A stretch of 64,000 nt of DNA from Octopus vulgaris (Eukaryota): positions 8,308,001 through 8,372,000 of the forward strand of contig OX597816.1 of the NCBI GenBank assembly GCA_951406725.2, read 5' to 3'. Below are positions 40,901 through 55,100 of this stretch, one piece after another. Each line of letters opens with the position of its first letter. The first letter of the stretch is position 1. Under the pieces are notes generated by a model, which was not told the origin of the DNA, did no database searches, and was given only the letters and a program-made list of their open reading frames with translations. The translations under genes were made by a program, and so were the position numbers.

Positions 40901-42175
40901 GATGTACAGGACATTGCACAGAATAACCGTTTCCACCTGAAAATTTTTAACTGCTAATTCCTCTGAATTTCTCCAGAGCAACGTAAAAAGCCTCAACGTG
41001 TTTATTTACATTTGAACATTGAAGGTTCAAATTAATGAGTTTGCTGGACAACAATGTCTGTGGTCACAATTCTCATTTACCTGGACTTAACATTTTCAAG
41101 ACAAATATTTTCTATATCTTCCAAATAGTGTAGCTCTTGAAGAAATAGCCCCAGTATTAATAATATCTGGTTGAAAATGAACAAGTTCAACATACCCTTA
41201 CATGTATATAGCAATTTTTCTGGGGCATTCTAAAAAATTTTGGAAACCTATTTCAGTTTAACTTTCATGAGAATGACCCAGATAGTTTCCTGTCAAAATA
41301 TGTGGTTCCTACTCCTACCAACAGCAGCAGCAGCTGTTCAATAATTTGGACCTGGAGATCTCCATTTCCAGCAACTTCAAGGGCCACCTCCCAGTGATAT
41401 CAGGCGTCAACGAAGAGCCCTCGATTTCAAGATGACCAAATTTTTTTTTTTTTTTCCAAGGTCTGGAGTCCCCCGCCCCTAAGCCCTAGACCATCTCCTA
41501 ATCACCCTTACCTGTCTTGTTGCTTAACAACAACAACAACAAGCAGCAGCATTCCTTTTCTTAATCAGATTAATCAGTATTATGAATGTCTGTAAAATGG
41601 CTTAGTTATTCAGAGAAGCCATCAATGTGAAAAAAACGTTTAGCTCAGTTAATTTTAGGTTATCTAATTACAATCACCTGGAACACTACAAAATAGAAAA
41701 CTGTTATTTATCCATAAATGTTCTAGCAATATTAAAAATTTGTTTTAAAATATATTTTTTTCCCCTGTTTCAGGAAAAGCGAACTGGTATTGACAAGGAA
41801 TTTGTTAATTGGCTTAAAGAATGTCATGAAAAATTTGACAAACAAATTCACTTTTCAGAATTCAAAGGTCATGCTCTCCGGCCTGATCTCCCCAAACATA
41901 GACAGACTCCTTGGTCTGTTTATGAACAAGTTGAATGGGATGGAAAAATATTTAAAAAGGGCAACTTGGTAAGTTTTCATTGGATTTTTTTACTCTTTCA
42001 GTCATTTGACTGTGGCCATGCTGGAGCACCGCCTTTAGTCAAGCAAATCGACCCCAGGACTTATTTTCTGTAAGCCCAGTACTTATTCTATCGGTCTCTT
42101 TTGCCGAACCACTAAGTTACAGGGACATGAACACACCAGCATCGGTTGTCAAACGATGTTGGGAGGACAAACACT

Positions 42176-42225
<50 letters not shown>

Positions 42226-45124
42226 CACGACAGGCTTCTTTCAGTTTCCGTCTACCAAATCCACTCACAAGGCTGTGGTCGGCCCAAGGCTATTGTAGAA
42301 GACACTTGCCCTAGGTGCCACGCAGTGGGACTGAACCTGGAACCATGTGGTTTGTAAGCAAGCTACTTACCACACAGCCACTCCTGTACCTTTTTCTTTT
42401 TTTTTCCTTTTTAACATGTTATTTGGGCTTCTCAGTTGGTCGATCTGCTATCTAGGCAAACATACAAACGATGAAATTTAATTTGAAAATTTAAAATTTT
42501 CAGTATCCATTGTGAAATTTGTGGCTTCTATAAAATTCAGAGTAAACAATATTGCCTTGTTCTAATCAGACCTCAGCTTATTCTGTTTGTTATAATTGAA
42601 GTAGAAAAAGAAATTTAAAAAAAGTAAGTCATAGATGCTGCAGTTATTTTGGATTGTATGACCCTGTCCACAAGTATTAGAGATATTGGATTCAAATTTG
42701 GGCACAAAGCCAGCAATTTTGGAGGAAGTTGACTGGTACTTATTTTGTCCGATGCTTAACCCCAAAGAGATAAAAGGCAAAGTCATCACTGGCAGTGTTT
42801 GAACTCAGAATGTAAAGTCAGAGGGAATGCTGCTAAGCACTTTGTCCGGCACAGTAACAATTCTGCCATCTCCCTGCGTAACAGGCCCTGGAGATATTGA
42901 ATCCAAAAGGTTGTTGGAAAGATGGTGGATAATCTTGTGGACTTTTGCCAAATCACCTACTAGACATTGAACCTTTAGTTTGTTGATGCCTAAGGAAGCA
43001 GGATGCTCAAGATACGGCAAGGAATTGATGGTGAGTATTCTTCTGGTTGTATGTCTCTTGACAGCTTCCGGTGGATCGATACTCTGATTAAGATGGAGTT
43101 TCTCAACTAGAGATGCAGAACTGTAAGAGTGGATGTACTTGGGACCAGTTTGAATCCAGCACTAAGTCAAGGAAATGTTTTGTACTTTGCAGACAGTGAA
43201 AGGTTTCCCAATCAATATTTGACTAATTAAGGTGATAAGCTGGCAGAATCGTTAGCACGCCGGGCGAAATGCGTAGCCGTATTTCGTCTGCCATTACATT
43301 CTGAGTTCAAATTCCGCCGAGGTCGACTTTGCCTTTCATCCTTTCGGTCGATAAATTAAGTACCAGTTATGCACTGGGATTCGATGTAATCGACTTAATC
43401 CGTTTGTCCTCTTTGTGTTTAGCCCCTTGTGGGTAGTAAAGAAATAAATATTTGACTAATTAAAATCACCAATAAAAAAAATCATTTTCTCTGAAAAGGA
43501 TTCTGTGTAAAATATGAGAATTTGGGTAAATTATTTCTTTTTAATAAATATTTCTGAGAAATGTCTTCTAACACTGGAATTTGTTTTCTATTTTTTAATT
43601 TTCAGGTTAGAATCAGTCGCACTGTTCCTACAATTCTTGGTACCATTAAATGCTTTTTATTGTATGGAGACCATGAGGGAGAAGTGTATGCAACTGGTGG
43701 TGACATTCAACTCATTCAGGTATAATTAACTTGTTTAATTAACTCAGCTTCATAACATTTCTTTATACAGGTATAATTAACTTGTTTACAAAGCTCAGCA
43801 TCAGAACATTTTTTTTGAATCTTTATGAATTTTTTTATGCATAAGCTAAGAAAAATATTTTGTGATTTTTCTTTTTTTAATTACATTTTGATAAATTTAT
43901 ATTCTCTTTGTTTTTTTTCCCCCCAGGAACCACGTTGCTTGTATAATGAAGTAAAAGTCCAACCTCTGTTTAAATTAGATCGTTTGGCCACCCCACATCA
44001 AGTTAAAAAAGCAATTGAAGAAGAAGAAGCCAAGTAAGGATGCTTCTATTTATTATTAATTATTGTAATTACTGTAATCAGTCTGAATATGTTTGAGGCA
44101 TGTTCGAACCGGTGAACAAGCTATTCACTGTGTCTTGTCATGGAAAATATATCCCATTTGTTGACAAATGGCATGTATACACCTTGATCAACTCATAGCG
44201 CCACCTACCCAGACTGCGAGATGCAAGCATTTCAGAGTAGTTATCTCCTCTTCAGTCACGGACACCAGGCAGGCGGCACTACAAACTTATTGAAGAGAAT
44301 GACTCTTTTATGCTTTTCCAGTTGTTATACGGCAACTGGTAGTGCTGTGTGGCAGCCCCCTCTGTAATTATTAATGATTTCCTAAATTAAGGCAGCAAAT
44401 TCTGCCGAGGTCAGCTTTAGCTTCCATCCTTTTGGGCTCAATGTAATCAATATACCAACTCCCTCGAAATTGCTGGCCTTGTGCCAAAATTTGAAACCAA
44501 TATGTCACCTAAGAGGTGTATAAAAGACAGTGTCTTGCCAGCTACTCAGTAACCCTGTTGGTGCTGGTATTATGTAAAAAGGACTGGTGCTGGTCCCGCA
44601 TAAAAAGGATCTAGTACACAGTATAAAGTGGTTGGCATTTGGAAGGGCATCCAGCCATAGAAACCATTGCCAAAACAGATGACTGGAGCCTGATGCAGCC
44701 AACCCATGCCAGTATGGAAAACAGGCATTAAATGTTGATTATGATATATATATATATGTATGTATGCATGGCTCAGTAGTTAGAGTCAAGCTGATGATCA
44801 TGAGGTTGTGAGTTCGATTCCCAGACTGGGCTGTGTGTTGTGTTCTTGAGCGAGACACTTTATTTCATGTTGCTCCAGTTCACTCAGCTGTAGAAATGAG
44901 TTGCACTGTCACTGGTGCCAAGCTGTATCGGCCCCTTTGCTTTTCTCTTGGATAACATCAGAGATGTGGTAAGGGGAGGCTGGTATGCATGGGCGACTGT
45001 TGGTTTTCCATAAAATCAACCCTAGCTTGTGCATTTGCCGGTGAGGTGACTTTCCACCAGGACTTGTACTCTGGAAGGGAACCTCTTAGGTGCACCCATG
45101 GTCATTCATGACCAACGGAGTCGA

Positions 45125-45168
<44 letters not shown>

Positions 45169-46124
45169 ATTTTGTTAAAATATGGCCATAAGAGGGTTAA
45201 CAATTCTAAGACACTTTCTGAAAATATAAATATGAATATTTTAAAGAAGTCAAATTGACAACTAGTTGCTTTATTTTATAGAAATAATTTGAGTGATTTA
45301 TACTTGATTTGGAACGTTAGTGTTTTTGAGATCAAATTCCAAAGGAGTTGGGTGGATTTAACTGTGTGTTGTTTTATTTCAAGTTGTTTTTTTGAATTCT
45401 ATTCCAAACCTTTTTCTTTTTGTCATATTACCTTCAGGTTACCTGATCAATTAGTCGTTTCTTGGCCTGATGACAATGAAGTTGTGGAAAGTGAACGCAG
45501 ACCTGCAGGGAAAACCATTGGTAATAATTTTTGTATTTCTTTCTATCTTGTTGATTCACACCTGAGTTGATGTGAGACTAGAAACAGCTGTAAGGGTTCA
45601 TTTCCGATGATTATGGTCTGTTGGAATAAGACATCATCATCGTTTAACATCCACTTTCCATGCTAGCATGGGTTGGACGATTTGACTGAGGTCTGGCAAA
45701 CCAGATGGCTGCACCAGGTTCCAATCTGATCTGGTAGAGTTTCTACAGCTGGATGCTCTTCCTAACACCAACCACTCTGATAGTGTAGTGGGTGCTTTTA
45801 CGTGCCACCGGCACAAGGGCCAGTCAGGTGGTACTGGCAACGGCCATGCTCAAATGGTACTTTCTATGTGCCACCTGCACAGGAGCCTATCCAGCGACAC
45901 TGGCAACGACCTTGCTCGAATGTTTTTTCACGTGCCACCAGCACAAGTGCCAGTAAGGCAACGGAAGTAATGATCACACTCGAATGGTGCTCTTTACATG
46001 CCACAAGCACAGAGGCCAGTTTGTTGCTCTGGCAACGATCATGCTCGTATGGTACTCTTAGCACTCCACTAGCATGGATGCCAGTCATCGAATTTGATTT
46101 TGATTTCACTTGCCTCAACAGGTC

Positions 46125-46168
<44 letters not shown>

Positions 46169-49100
46169 CACACACATACACATAAAGTTGAAAATAACCA
46201 GGATAAAAATAATCTCTCTGTTTCGGTATATCAACCACTTTTAAGAAACTTTATAGAAACTATACACCTGTATATACCCTGGCATAAGTTGAGTTTTTCA
46301 AACCATTATTTAAGGCTGAATTTTGGCCACAGATTAGTGGTCATCTTTTAATTGGGATCAAATATCACTTGAGTATACATGGTAGTTCAAACTATAGATT
46401 TAATGGTAGTTTATTACATTTTCAAGAGTGGGACAAGATCAAAGGATTATCATGTTCCTCAAATCTATTTTGCAAATGATATCTTACTGATCCAAGAAGT
46501 AAATCCATGTGTCTGCCTTTTGCTGACTCAAATGAACCATCACAAACTAATCGCAATATTTTACTATTCTCATATTTGGTTTGCCAATTTTTTCTTCCTA
46601 ATTTTACAGCCCAAAAATTAAAATAAGAAAATGTTGAAAGGTGTTAAATATTGTCATCCTTGAAATCATATTTGTATTCTTTCACAGGATTTTTTAAAAT
46701 TATTTTTCCATAAATTGTTGATGTTTATTGATAGATTTGAAAATTTGCTGTAACATTTTTTTTTTCGTGTTATTTCAGGTGATATTAAGGTAGAAATTAT
46801 AAACAAAAAAGGTGAGACCATCAAGCAGTTACCTGGAACTGCCCCAGCACACAAGAAATTGTTAGTGGAACTCAAGATTATCTGGCATTGTAAGTTTTTA
46901 ACTTTGGTTCAAATTAATAGCAAACCCTTAACTTTTTCCCTTCTGTTTCTGACTTGTAGATATTTCAAATGCCCAAGACATTAGCAATAAACCTTTAGCA
47001 AATGTAATGTTTATTTATTCACACTGTTTTGAATTAATCAGGCATTAATCAGGCTTCATTGGACAGCTTTGAGATTTCAATGCACTGATTGTTTACTTTT
47101 AGAATGATATTATAAGGTATGAGTGAGAAGCGAGATCTGGCTTATCTCAACATAAAGCAAGATATTTGGGATGGATATGACCAGGTTAAATGCTACAGGA
47201 TTAATTAAGAAATTGAAAGAAGTGAAAACCAAACTTGTTTTAATTTTTTTCTTTTTTAGTAATTGTTAATATTTTTTTTATTTTCTCTAAAGATGAAATA
47301 AAAAATATTCCTATAAATAGCACATTTTTTTTTTTTTGCCTTTTTGACATCCTCTTCAGATTTTTTTTTCAACCCAGAAAAATATTTTAAGTGATTTTAT
47401 TCTTAACTCTTCTCTTTCTCTAGCTTCTAATGGTGATGAAGTGATTGTATCACATATTAGTCAGCATGGAAAGAACTGGCCATATTGGTTCAGAAAAATG
47501 GGTAGGTTCACAATTATACCATAAATTCGTGTTTTGTTTGGTTTCTGTTATGTACAAACATTTTTCAACTTCCGGTAAAATTGTAAAGCCCGAAATGGTT
47601 CTAAGCCCTGCTGCTTCTTTCTGGCTCAGCCAATTAACCTATAAAACATGTTTTTATAATTGCTCTAGCATTACAGTTGTTTGTACTTAAAGTTTTTTCC
47701 TTTTTAAAGAAACAAAAATAAGTGTAAAATAACTGTCAGACCATAACATTCAAAATTGAGATTGTGTTTCACATTATATCATAAATTTGTGTTTTGTTTG
47801 GTTTCTGTTATGTACAAACGTTTTTCAACTGCCAGTAAAATTGTAAAGCCCAAAATGGTTCTAAGCCCTGCTGCTTCTTTCTGGCTCAGCCAATTAACCT
47901 ATAAAACATGTTTTTGTAATTGCTCTAGCATTACAGTTGTTTGTACTTAAAGTTTGTTCCTTTTTAAAGAAACAAAAATATGTGTAAAATAATTGTTTGA
48001 CCATAACATTCAAAATTGAGATTGTGCTTCACATTCAATATAGGTTTGTTTGTTATTTTTGTTTTTTGTTGTTTTTCTTTCACAAAAACCATTTTCAATG
48101 TTTTATGATAAAAGACTTATTGCAATAAAAAATTTCTTTCCTGTAGAAAACATCAAAAACTTAGGGCATCACACACTTCAGCTCCAGGTTGTTTTGAACG
48201 AAAGTGGTGCAACAACTTTTGCAGGAAAAGATCTGCCATCTCACCGTATTAAATTTTTTGTCACTGGTAAGTAATTAGTTGGGATACTCTTTACTCTTTT
48301 ACTTGTTTCAGTCATTTGACTGCGGCCATGCTGAGCACCGCCTTTAGTCGAGCAATCGACCCCGGGACTTATTCTTTGTAAGCCCAGTACTTATTCTATC
48401 GGTCTCTTTTTGCCGAACCACTAGGTGACGGGGACGTAAACACACCGGCATCGGTTGTCAAGCAATGCTAGGGGACAAACACAGACACACAAACACACAC
48501 ACGCATATATATATATACATATATACGACGGGCTTCTTTCAGTTTCCATCTACCAAATCCACTCAGAAGGCATTGGTCGGCCCGGGGCTATAGCAGAAGA
48601 CACTTGCCCAAGGTGCTACGCAGTGGGACTGAACCCGGAACCATGTGGTTGGTTAGCAAGCTACTTACCACACAGCCACTCCTGCGCCTTTTTTTTTTTT
48701 AAATAATTCTAATTTTTCAATAAAACACCATATCACACCCCATCTAAACAAGAGCAGCACCCATCTAGATCTCTCACTGTCACTGAGGAATCTCTCTTGT
48801 TGAAAGCTCACCCTTAACATAGCTAGGACTACATTCCAAAAAATAGACCTTTTTAGGACCAGAAGGTATTTCAGCCCTTAACGGCTGCTGACACTTTACA
48901 AGACTTAAATGAGGCCCTTCTCTCACATCTGGGATGAGGCTGCTGCTATTAACACTGACATCCTGGGTCACATGCAGAGAAGGGCCACCCAGAGGATTGG
49001 GATGTCATCTCACTAACCTACACACTCCAACCTTTAGCCCATGGCCAAGCTGTCCTCTCGCTTTATCTATTTTATCTCAACTATAACGGTTTCTGCTGGC

Positions 49101-52100
49101 TGGTCCTGTACCTCCACCTCCCACTACCCTTGGTGCCTCTAATCCTCTTTTCCCTGCATCAACCACTATACCCAGTCCTTCATCCCCTGAAAATTTGCCC
49201 CACTGGAATCTCCTCCCTGTTCATATCTTTTCTGTAGGTATTAACCAGAACATTTCACAACATCAACTTCACTAGGGCCACGGGCTCTATCCCTGCTTCC
49301 TGTCTCAACAAGTAAAACAAAAAAAAAATCAGTATTTAAATGCTATTTGATTAATTATAATTGTTATGCAAATTAGCACATCATTCATTTGATCAAAATT
49401 CCTTTTAATGTTTAACAGAAGCTGAACCCAAGAAGTTTACAGTTGCTTTACTGGATGGACCCTTTCGTGTGGGGGTTCCATTTCAAATTCCTCTTGAATT
49501 TCAAGATGAATTCAACCACATAACGGCACCAAACAGTGACTGCAAACCTTCTCTTGAGGCTAGGTAATATTTTTAATACATTTGTGTGTGTGTGTTTTAT
49601 CAATTTTATCAATTTTTTATTTCTATTAATTTCAGGTTTTTTAAAATATGAAATGTTTGACTTTCCAAATATTGAATACTTAGATAACTTAGATATGTTT
49701 CGACCAAAGATTGATCCAGGCCATGTCTGACTTAATAGCACCACCTGATAGGATTATTCGAATCCTGTTTAAGTCAAGTTTTGTTCAAGTAGTGAGTTCT
49801 TGTTGGGTGAGTTGTATCCAATTATGGGTGGCTTATCTGGTATTCTTTGAAGGAATCTATCCAGACTCCGTTTAAAGTTGATGGGATCCTTTTCCTCTTT
49901 GATCTCCCTCGGGACAATGTTAAATAGGGCAGGGCCTGTTGAGGAAAAGAAATTATGTTGTAGTGTACATGTATGTTGTGATCTTGAATTGGGCAGGGGA
50001 CGTATGGCCCGTGTGCCCAGTCTTGGATGAACCTTGAAGCTAATGTTAAGGTGGTTTGGGCAAAGTTGGCGGTATATTCTCCACATCGTACAAATGATGT
50101 ACCGCTCACGGCGACACTGGAGAGAGTAAAGTTTCAAGGCTTTAAGGCGATCCCAATAATCGAGAGCAGCCATGCCTTCAATTCGTTTAGTGAATAGAAA
50201 TGAATATTATTATTTTTTTAATTACTTACGACTCAATATAAAAATTATATTTTATATCTAACGTTAGAAAATAAATTGAACACAGAAATGTGAGGCGGTC
50301 AGTAATTTAATGTTTGTTTTTGTTTTAGTGGACTGGATATTAGTTACGATAGTTTACAAGTGAAAGGTAACCATCTGTTGATCAAAGGTATTTCTGCAAA
50401 AGGCCTGGTTAATTGTACTACAGGAAAGGTAAGTTTGCTTTGGCTCATCTTCATCGTTGCTTTAATGTCCCTTTTTCCAAGTAAAGTTCACTGAGAGACA
50501 GATCTTCTATGACCAAGATACTTTTCCTATGGCCAACCCTCACATGTTTCCTTCAGTCCTTCAAACAACAAAAAACCTCAGTGGCGGGATTCTGTTTTAC
50601 AATTAACATGCAATATCAAGGCAAGAACGCACACATACATATATGTATGTAAGACCAAAGTGTATGTACGCCGCTATATGTATATAAAAAAAAATGAAAA
50701 AAATGTACAAGAATGCAAAACATCCCCACTGTTAGATGATACAGAAAGGGACAACAAAACATCCAGACAGTTAGATGATACAAAAATGGGGACAAGGAAA
50801 AACAAGGACGGGTCATTCGGAGTTTTCTTTTGTCGGTCGAGTTCCAGATTGGATTTGCAGTTTCAGTTGAACCAGCTAAAACTGGAGATCCAATCTGGAA
50901 TAATAATAATAATAACTGCACTGCCCCAGATAGGTGAGCAGTACTCTAATCAAAGTCACCCCTGTTCTTTGTTGAATGTCACAAGCTGTCCTAAGTGGTA
51001 CTTTCTCACTCTTTCAAAGTTACTCTGTACTGAAGGGTGAATGAAGAGGACATAACACATTAGAAATGAAAAAATTGAGGTTGGCCTTTTGATGATGAAG
51101 CTTCCAGTCACAACAGACGAGAACTTGGTTGAACTCATTGGTGTGCAACTTGTCCAAGACATCATTAACCCTTTAGCATTCAGATTACTTTGTCAAATCA
51201 TCATCATCATTTAACGTCCGTTTTCTATACTAGCATGGGTTGGACAGTTCAACCAGGGTCTGGGAAGCCAGGAGGCTGCACCAGGCTCCAGTCTGATTTG
51301 GCAGTGTTTCTACAGCTGGATGCCCTTCCTAACGCCAACCACTCCGTGAGTGTAGTGAGTGCTTTTTACGTGCCAGGGGAGGCTGGCTGCGGCCACAATC
51401 GATTGGTGCTTTTTACGTGCCACCAGCACAGAGGCCAGTCGAGGCAGCGCTGGCAACAGCCACGTTCGGATGGTTCTTTTACATGCCACCAGCACTGGTA
51501 TCGCAACTGCAATTTCCAAATCTAATGCTTATTTATTCACATTGTTTTGACTTAATCTTCCATTATCTTGTGGCTTCAAAATTTCAGCGATGTCATTGTT
51601 TATTTTCGCAGTGACATTGCAAGTTAGGTAGGAGAGGCCAGATATGACCAGTTTAAATGTTAATGGGTCAAATGTTTTTGTTGATATCAAGAGAACAAAA
51701 GAAAAATGGCATACAACATTTAAAGACCAAGTCTCTGGTGGATTTGGCTCCACTGTTGTAGTGGCCACTAAAGATGGGGCAAGATTTAGAATATAAGAAG
51801 TGAGGTTGATGGGCCAATGGTTGACCAGAATAAAAGTGAAAAGTTTTTGAGAATAATTTCAGTCTATTGATGTGTTGTGAAAGTAAAAGTCTGAATTAGT
51901 GAATTGTTTCTAAAATATTGTTGATGTTGTTTTATTACAGAATTTCAATTTGACCGTGAAAGTGGATGAGTTAGAAGAAAAACAAACCTTAAAAATCCGT
52001 TTACTTCCTGGTAAGAAAATTATTTTTAACCCTTTTGTTACTGTATTTCTGTTAAGATGCTCTGTGTTTCTTTCAATCAATTTTAAATATAACAAAGAAT

Positions 52101-55100
52101 TTAGTAAAATAACTTAGTTATCATTTAGCTAGTATTAGGAACATAAATTGTGACTAAGGTTTGGTGGAAGATTTTGATTCAAAACTTATGAAAGACATTT
52201 GTACTACAGAGCCAGGTTGGTATCAAAAGAGTTAAGGCCTGCCTTATTCTCTCTCTCCAACTTTAATCCTTTCCATATTTCTGTTGAGATGCTCTGTGTT
52301 TCTTTCAATTAATTTTAAATATAACAAAGAATTTAGTAAAATAATTTAATTATCATTAAGCTAGTGTTAGCAACATAAATTGTGACTAAGATTTTAATCC
52401 AAACCTTATGAAGGTAAGACATTTGTACAACAGAGCCTGAGCAGGTTTCAGCCGGGTTGGTAACGAAAGGGTTAATTTCTTTAGAACTTAAAACTCAGAT
52501 TTGTTAAAAAGTATTCAGACAAAATTCCGTCCTTTGAAGATTGTTTTTCTAATTAATGATTGGATTAATTTTGTGCCAGGTCCCCCCTATCAGCTCTCTG
52601 TGAAACCAGATCAAAACTTGAACCTTGAAAATGGAACTGCTCCTGTGTTCAATGTAGAAGTTCTAGATATTGCAGGCAATGTTACTACTGAGAATAAACT
52701 GGTGGTTACTTGTAAGGTAAAACATTTTGTCTTTTCTTTTTTTCTCTGTAATGAGTTATGTTTTATCTTCATATTTTCTGTATGGCACAGGTTGGTCCTC
52801 ATCTTCTTGGTCTTTATAGCTTGATGCCTTACTCATCATCAACTGCATTACAGTATGGACCGAGAGTATTTTATCTTAGCACTAATACTAGAGATGTTAT
52901 CTGCAGCAATGCTGAAGAGTCTGTTAGTTTTTATTCTAGATATCCAACTTTGTCAACAGATAAGCTTTACTATGGCTGTGCAGCCCCATATCTCTATGAT
53001 GTAGGGTGGAGTTAAATTGCAAAGAGGTGACGATGGAACTCTGGAACAGCCTGGCATAATAGTTGCCTCTGTTATTTAGTTAAGTAATTGTCAAGAGAGT
53101 TTATCTACTCTAAAAGGGTTGGGTGTGGATTATCATCATCATCATCGTTTAACATCCGCTTTCCATGCTAGCATGCGTTGGACGGTTCGACCTGGGTCTG
53201 GGAAGCCAGAAGGCTGCACCAGGCTTCAGTCTGATCTGGCAGTGTTTCTACAGCTTGATGCCCTTCCTAACGCCAACCACTCCGTGAGTGTAGTGGGTGC
53301 TTTTTCCGTGCCAGGTGAGGCTGCCAACGGCCACGATTAGTTGGTGCTTTTTACGTGCCACTGGCATGGAAGCCAGTCAAGGTGGCGCTGGCATTGGCCA
53401 CATCCGGATGGTGCTTTTTACGTGCCACTGGCATAGGGATCACAACTACAATTTCCATTGATTTTTGATGTTCATGTACTTGACTCAATAGGTCTCCTCA
53501 AGCTCAGGGTCGAAACTGTGTTTCTTTACTTGCCAACTGCACAGGAGTCAGTCCAGCGGCACTGGCAACAGCCGGGTGCCAGTCATTGAATTTGGTTCAA
53601 TTTCAATTCCGATTTCACTTGCCCCAACAGGTCTTCGCAAGCAGAGTTTAGTGTCCAAATAGTGAAAACAGATAATTTTTTACGAAACGCTAAACTTTGA
53701 CTGAGGTAGGTTTCCTTCCAGGACAGCATTGAGATAAATGAAAAGGCAAATATGAAAACAAAAGCTATCCTTTAGCAACTAATTCCTGACCCAACCAAAC
53801 TCTTCTGAGAAAATTTGCACAGTTCGCCTTTTTTAAATATTGAATATCTGCATATTTTAGACACAGCCATGGAAATAAAGTCTCATGTAATGAGGAAAGG
53901 AATTATGAAAATTGTAGTGTTCATAGCTTTGAGTGTTGGAGAGAACTGTTAAGTCACTTGCAACGAAATAAGTTCACAATGCTTCCTCTGTAATTGATGT
54001 TGTTAAGCAGATTAATATTGAAGAAAAGGATTCTAAAATAAATATACGGTTGACTTGCAGCTAGGAGGCAAATTGATGGTGAAGCATTAACAAATTCAAA
54101 TACAACAAAAGTTGGAGGCGGGAGTTGGGTTTTTTTTGGGGTTTTTTGTTATAATATTTTGCATCCTTAGGTGATAATGATTGATTACCAATATTAAAAT
54201 TTGATAATAAGTATCAATTTTGTTTTCCTTTTCAGTTCCAAGGAATCTCTGGTTTACCAGTTTATAGTCTTGACTGTTCAAGTAGTGGCACTGGAATATT
54301 GACTGGAGAATCATTATACATGAAAAAAGTGAAAAGTAACCAGGAAGTTGTGGCTAAAATTGAACTGCAGGTAAAATTTAGTTCATCATCATCATCATCA
54401 ATGTCCACTTTCCATGTTAGCACGAGTTCAACAGTTTAACAGGAGCTGGCCAGGTTCCAGTTGTCTATTTTGGTATGGTTTCTATGGCCTGATGCCCTTC
54501 CTAATGCCAGCCCCTTTACAGAGTTTACTGGGTGCTTTTTACGTGGAACTGGCATGGGTGCTTTATATGTGGCACTGGGACAAATGCTTTTTACATGATG
54601 CCAGCACCCCTGAGCCCTCAAGAGCAGGACCTCTCAGCTGAGAGAGGGACATAGGGGATGCTATGTCTTAAATCTTGAGATAGAGAAGCCTTTTTCAACC
54701 ACCTCCCATATCAAAACTAGGTATGTACAACACAAGTTAAACCCTCCAGTTTGTTATGGGAGCCAAGTTTCACAATGATTGCTCTCTCGTGATTATTAAC
54801 TGTTAGTCTTTTACTTGTTTCAGTCATTTGACTGCAGCCATGCTGGAGCACCGCCTTCAGTCGAGCAAATCAACCCCAGGACTTACTCTTTGTAAGCCTA
54901 GTACTTATTCTATCGGTTTCTTTTGCCGAACCGCTAAGTTACGGGGACGTAAACACACCAGCATCGGTTGTCAAGCGATGTTGGCGGGACAAACACACAC
55001 ACACACACATACATACATATAAATATACATATAGACACACATACATATAAACGACCGGCTTCTTTCAGTTTCCGTCTACCAAATCCACTCACAAGGCTTT

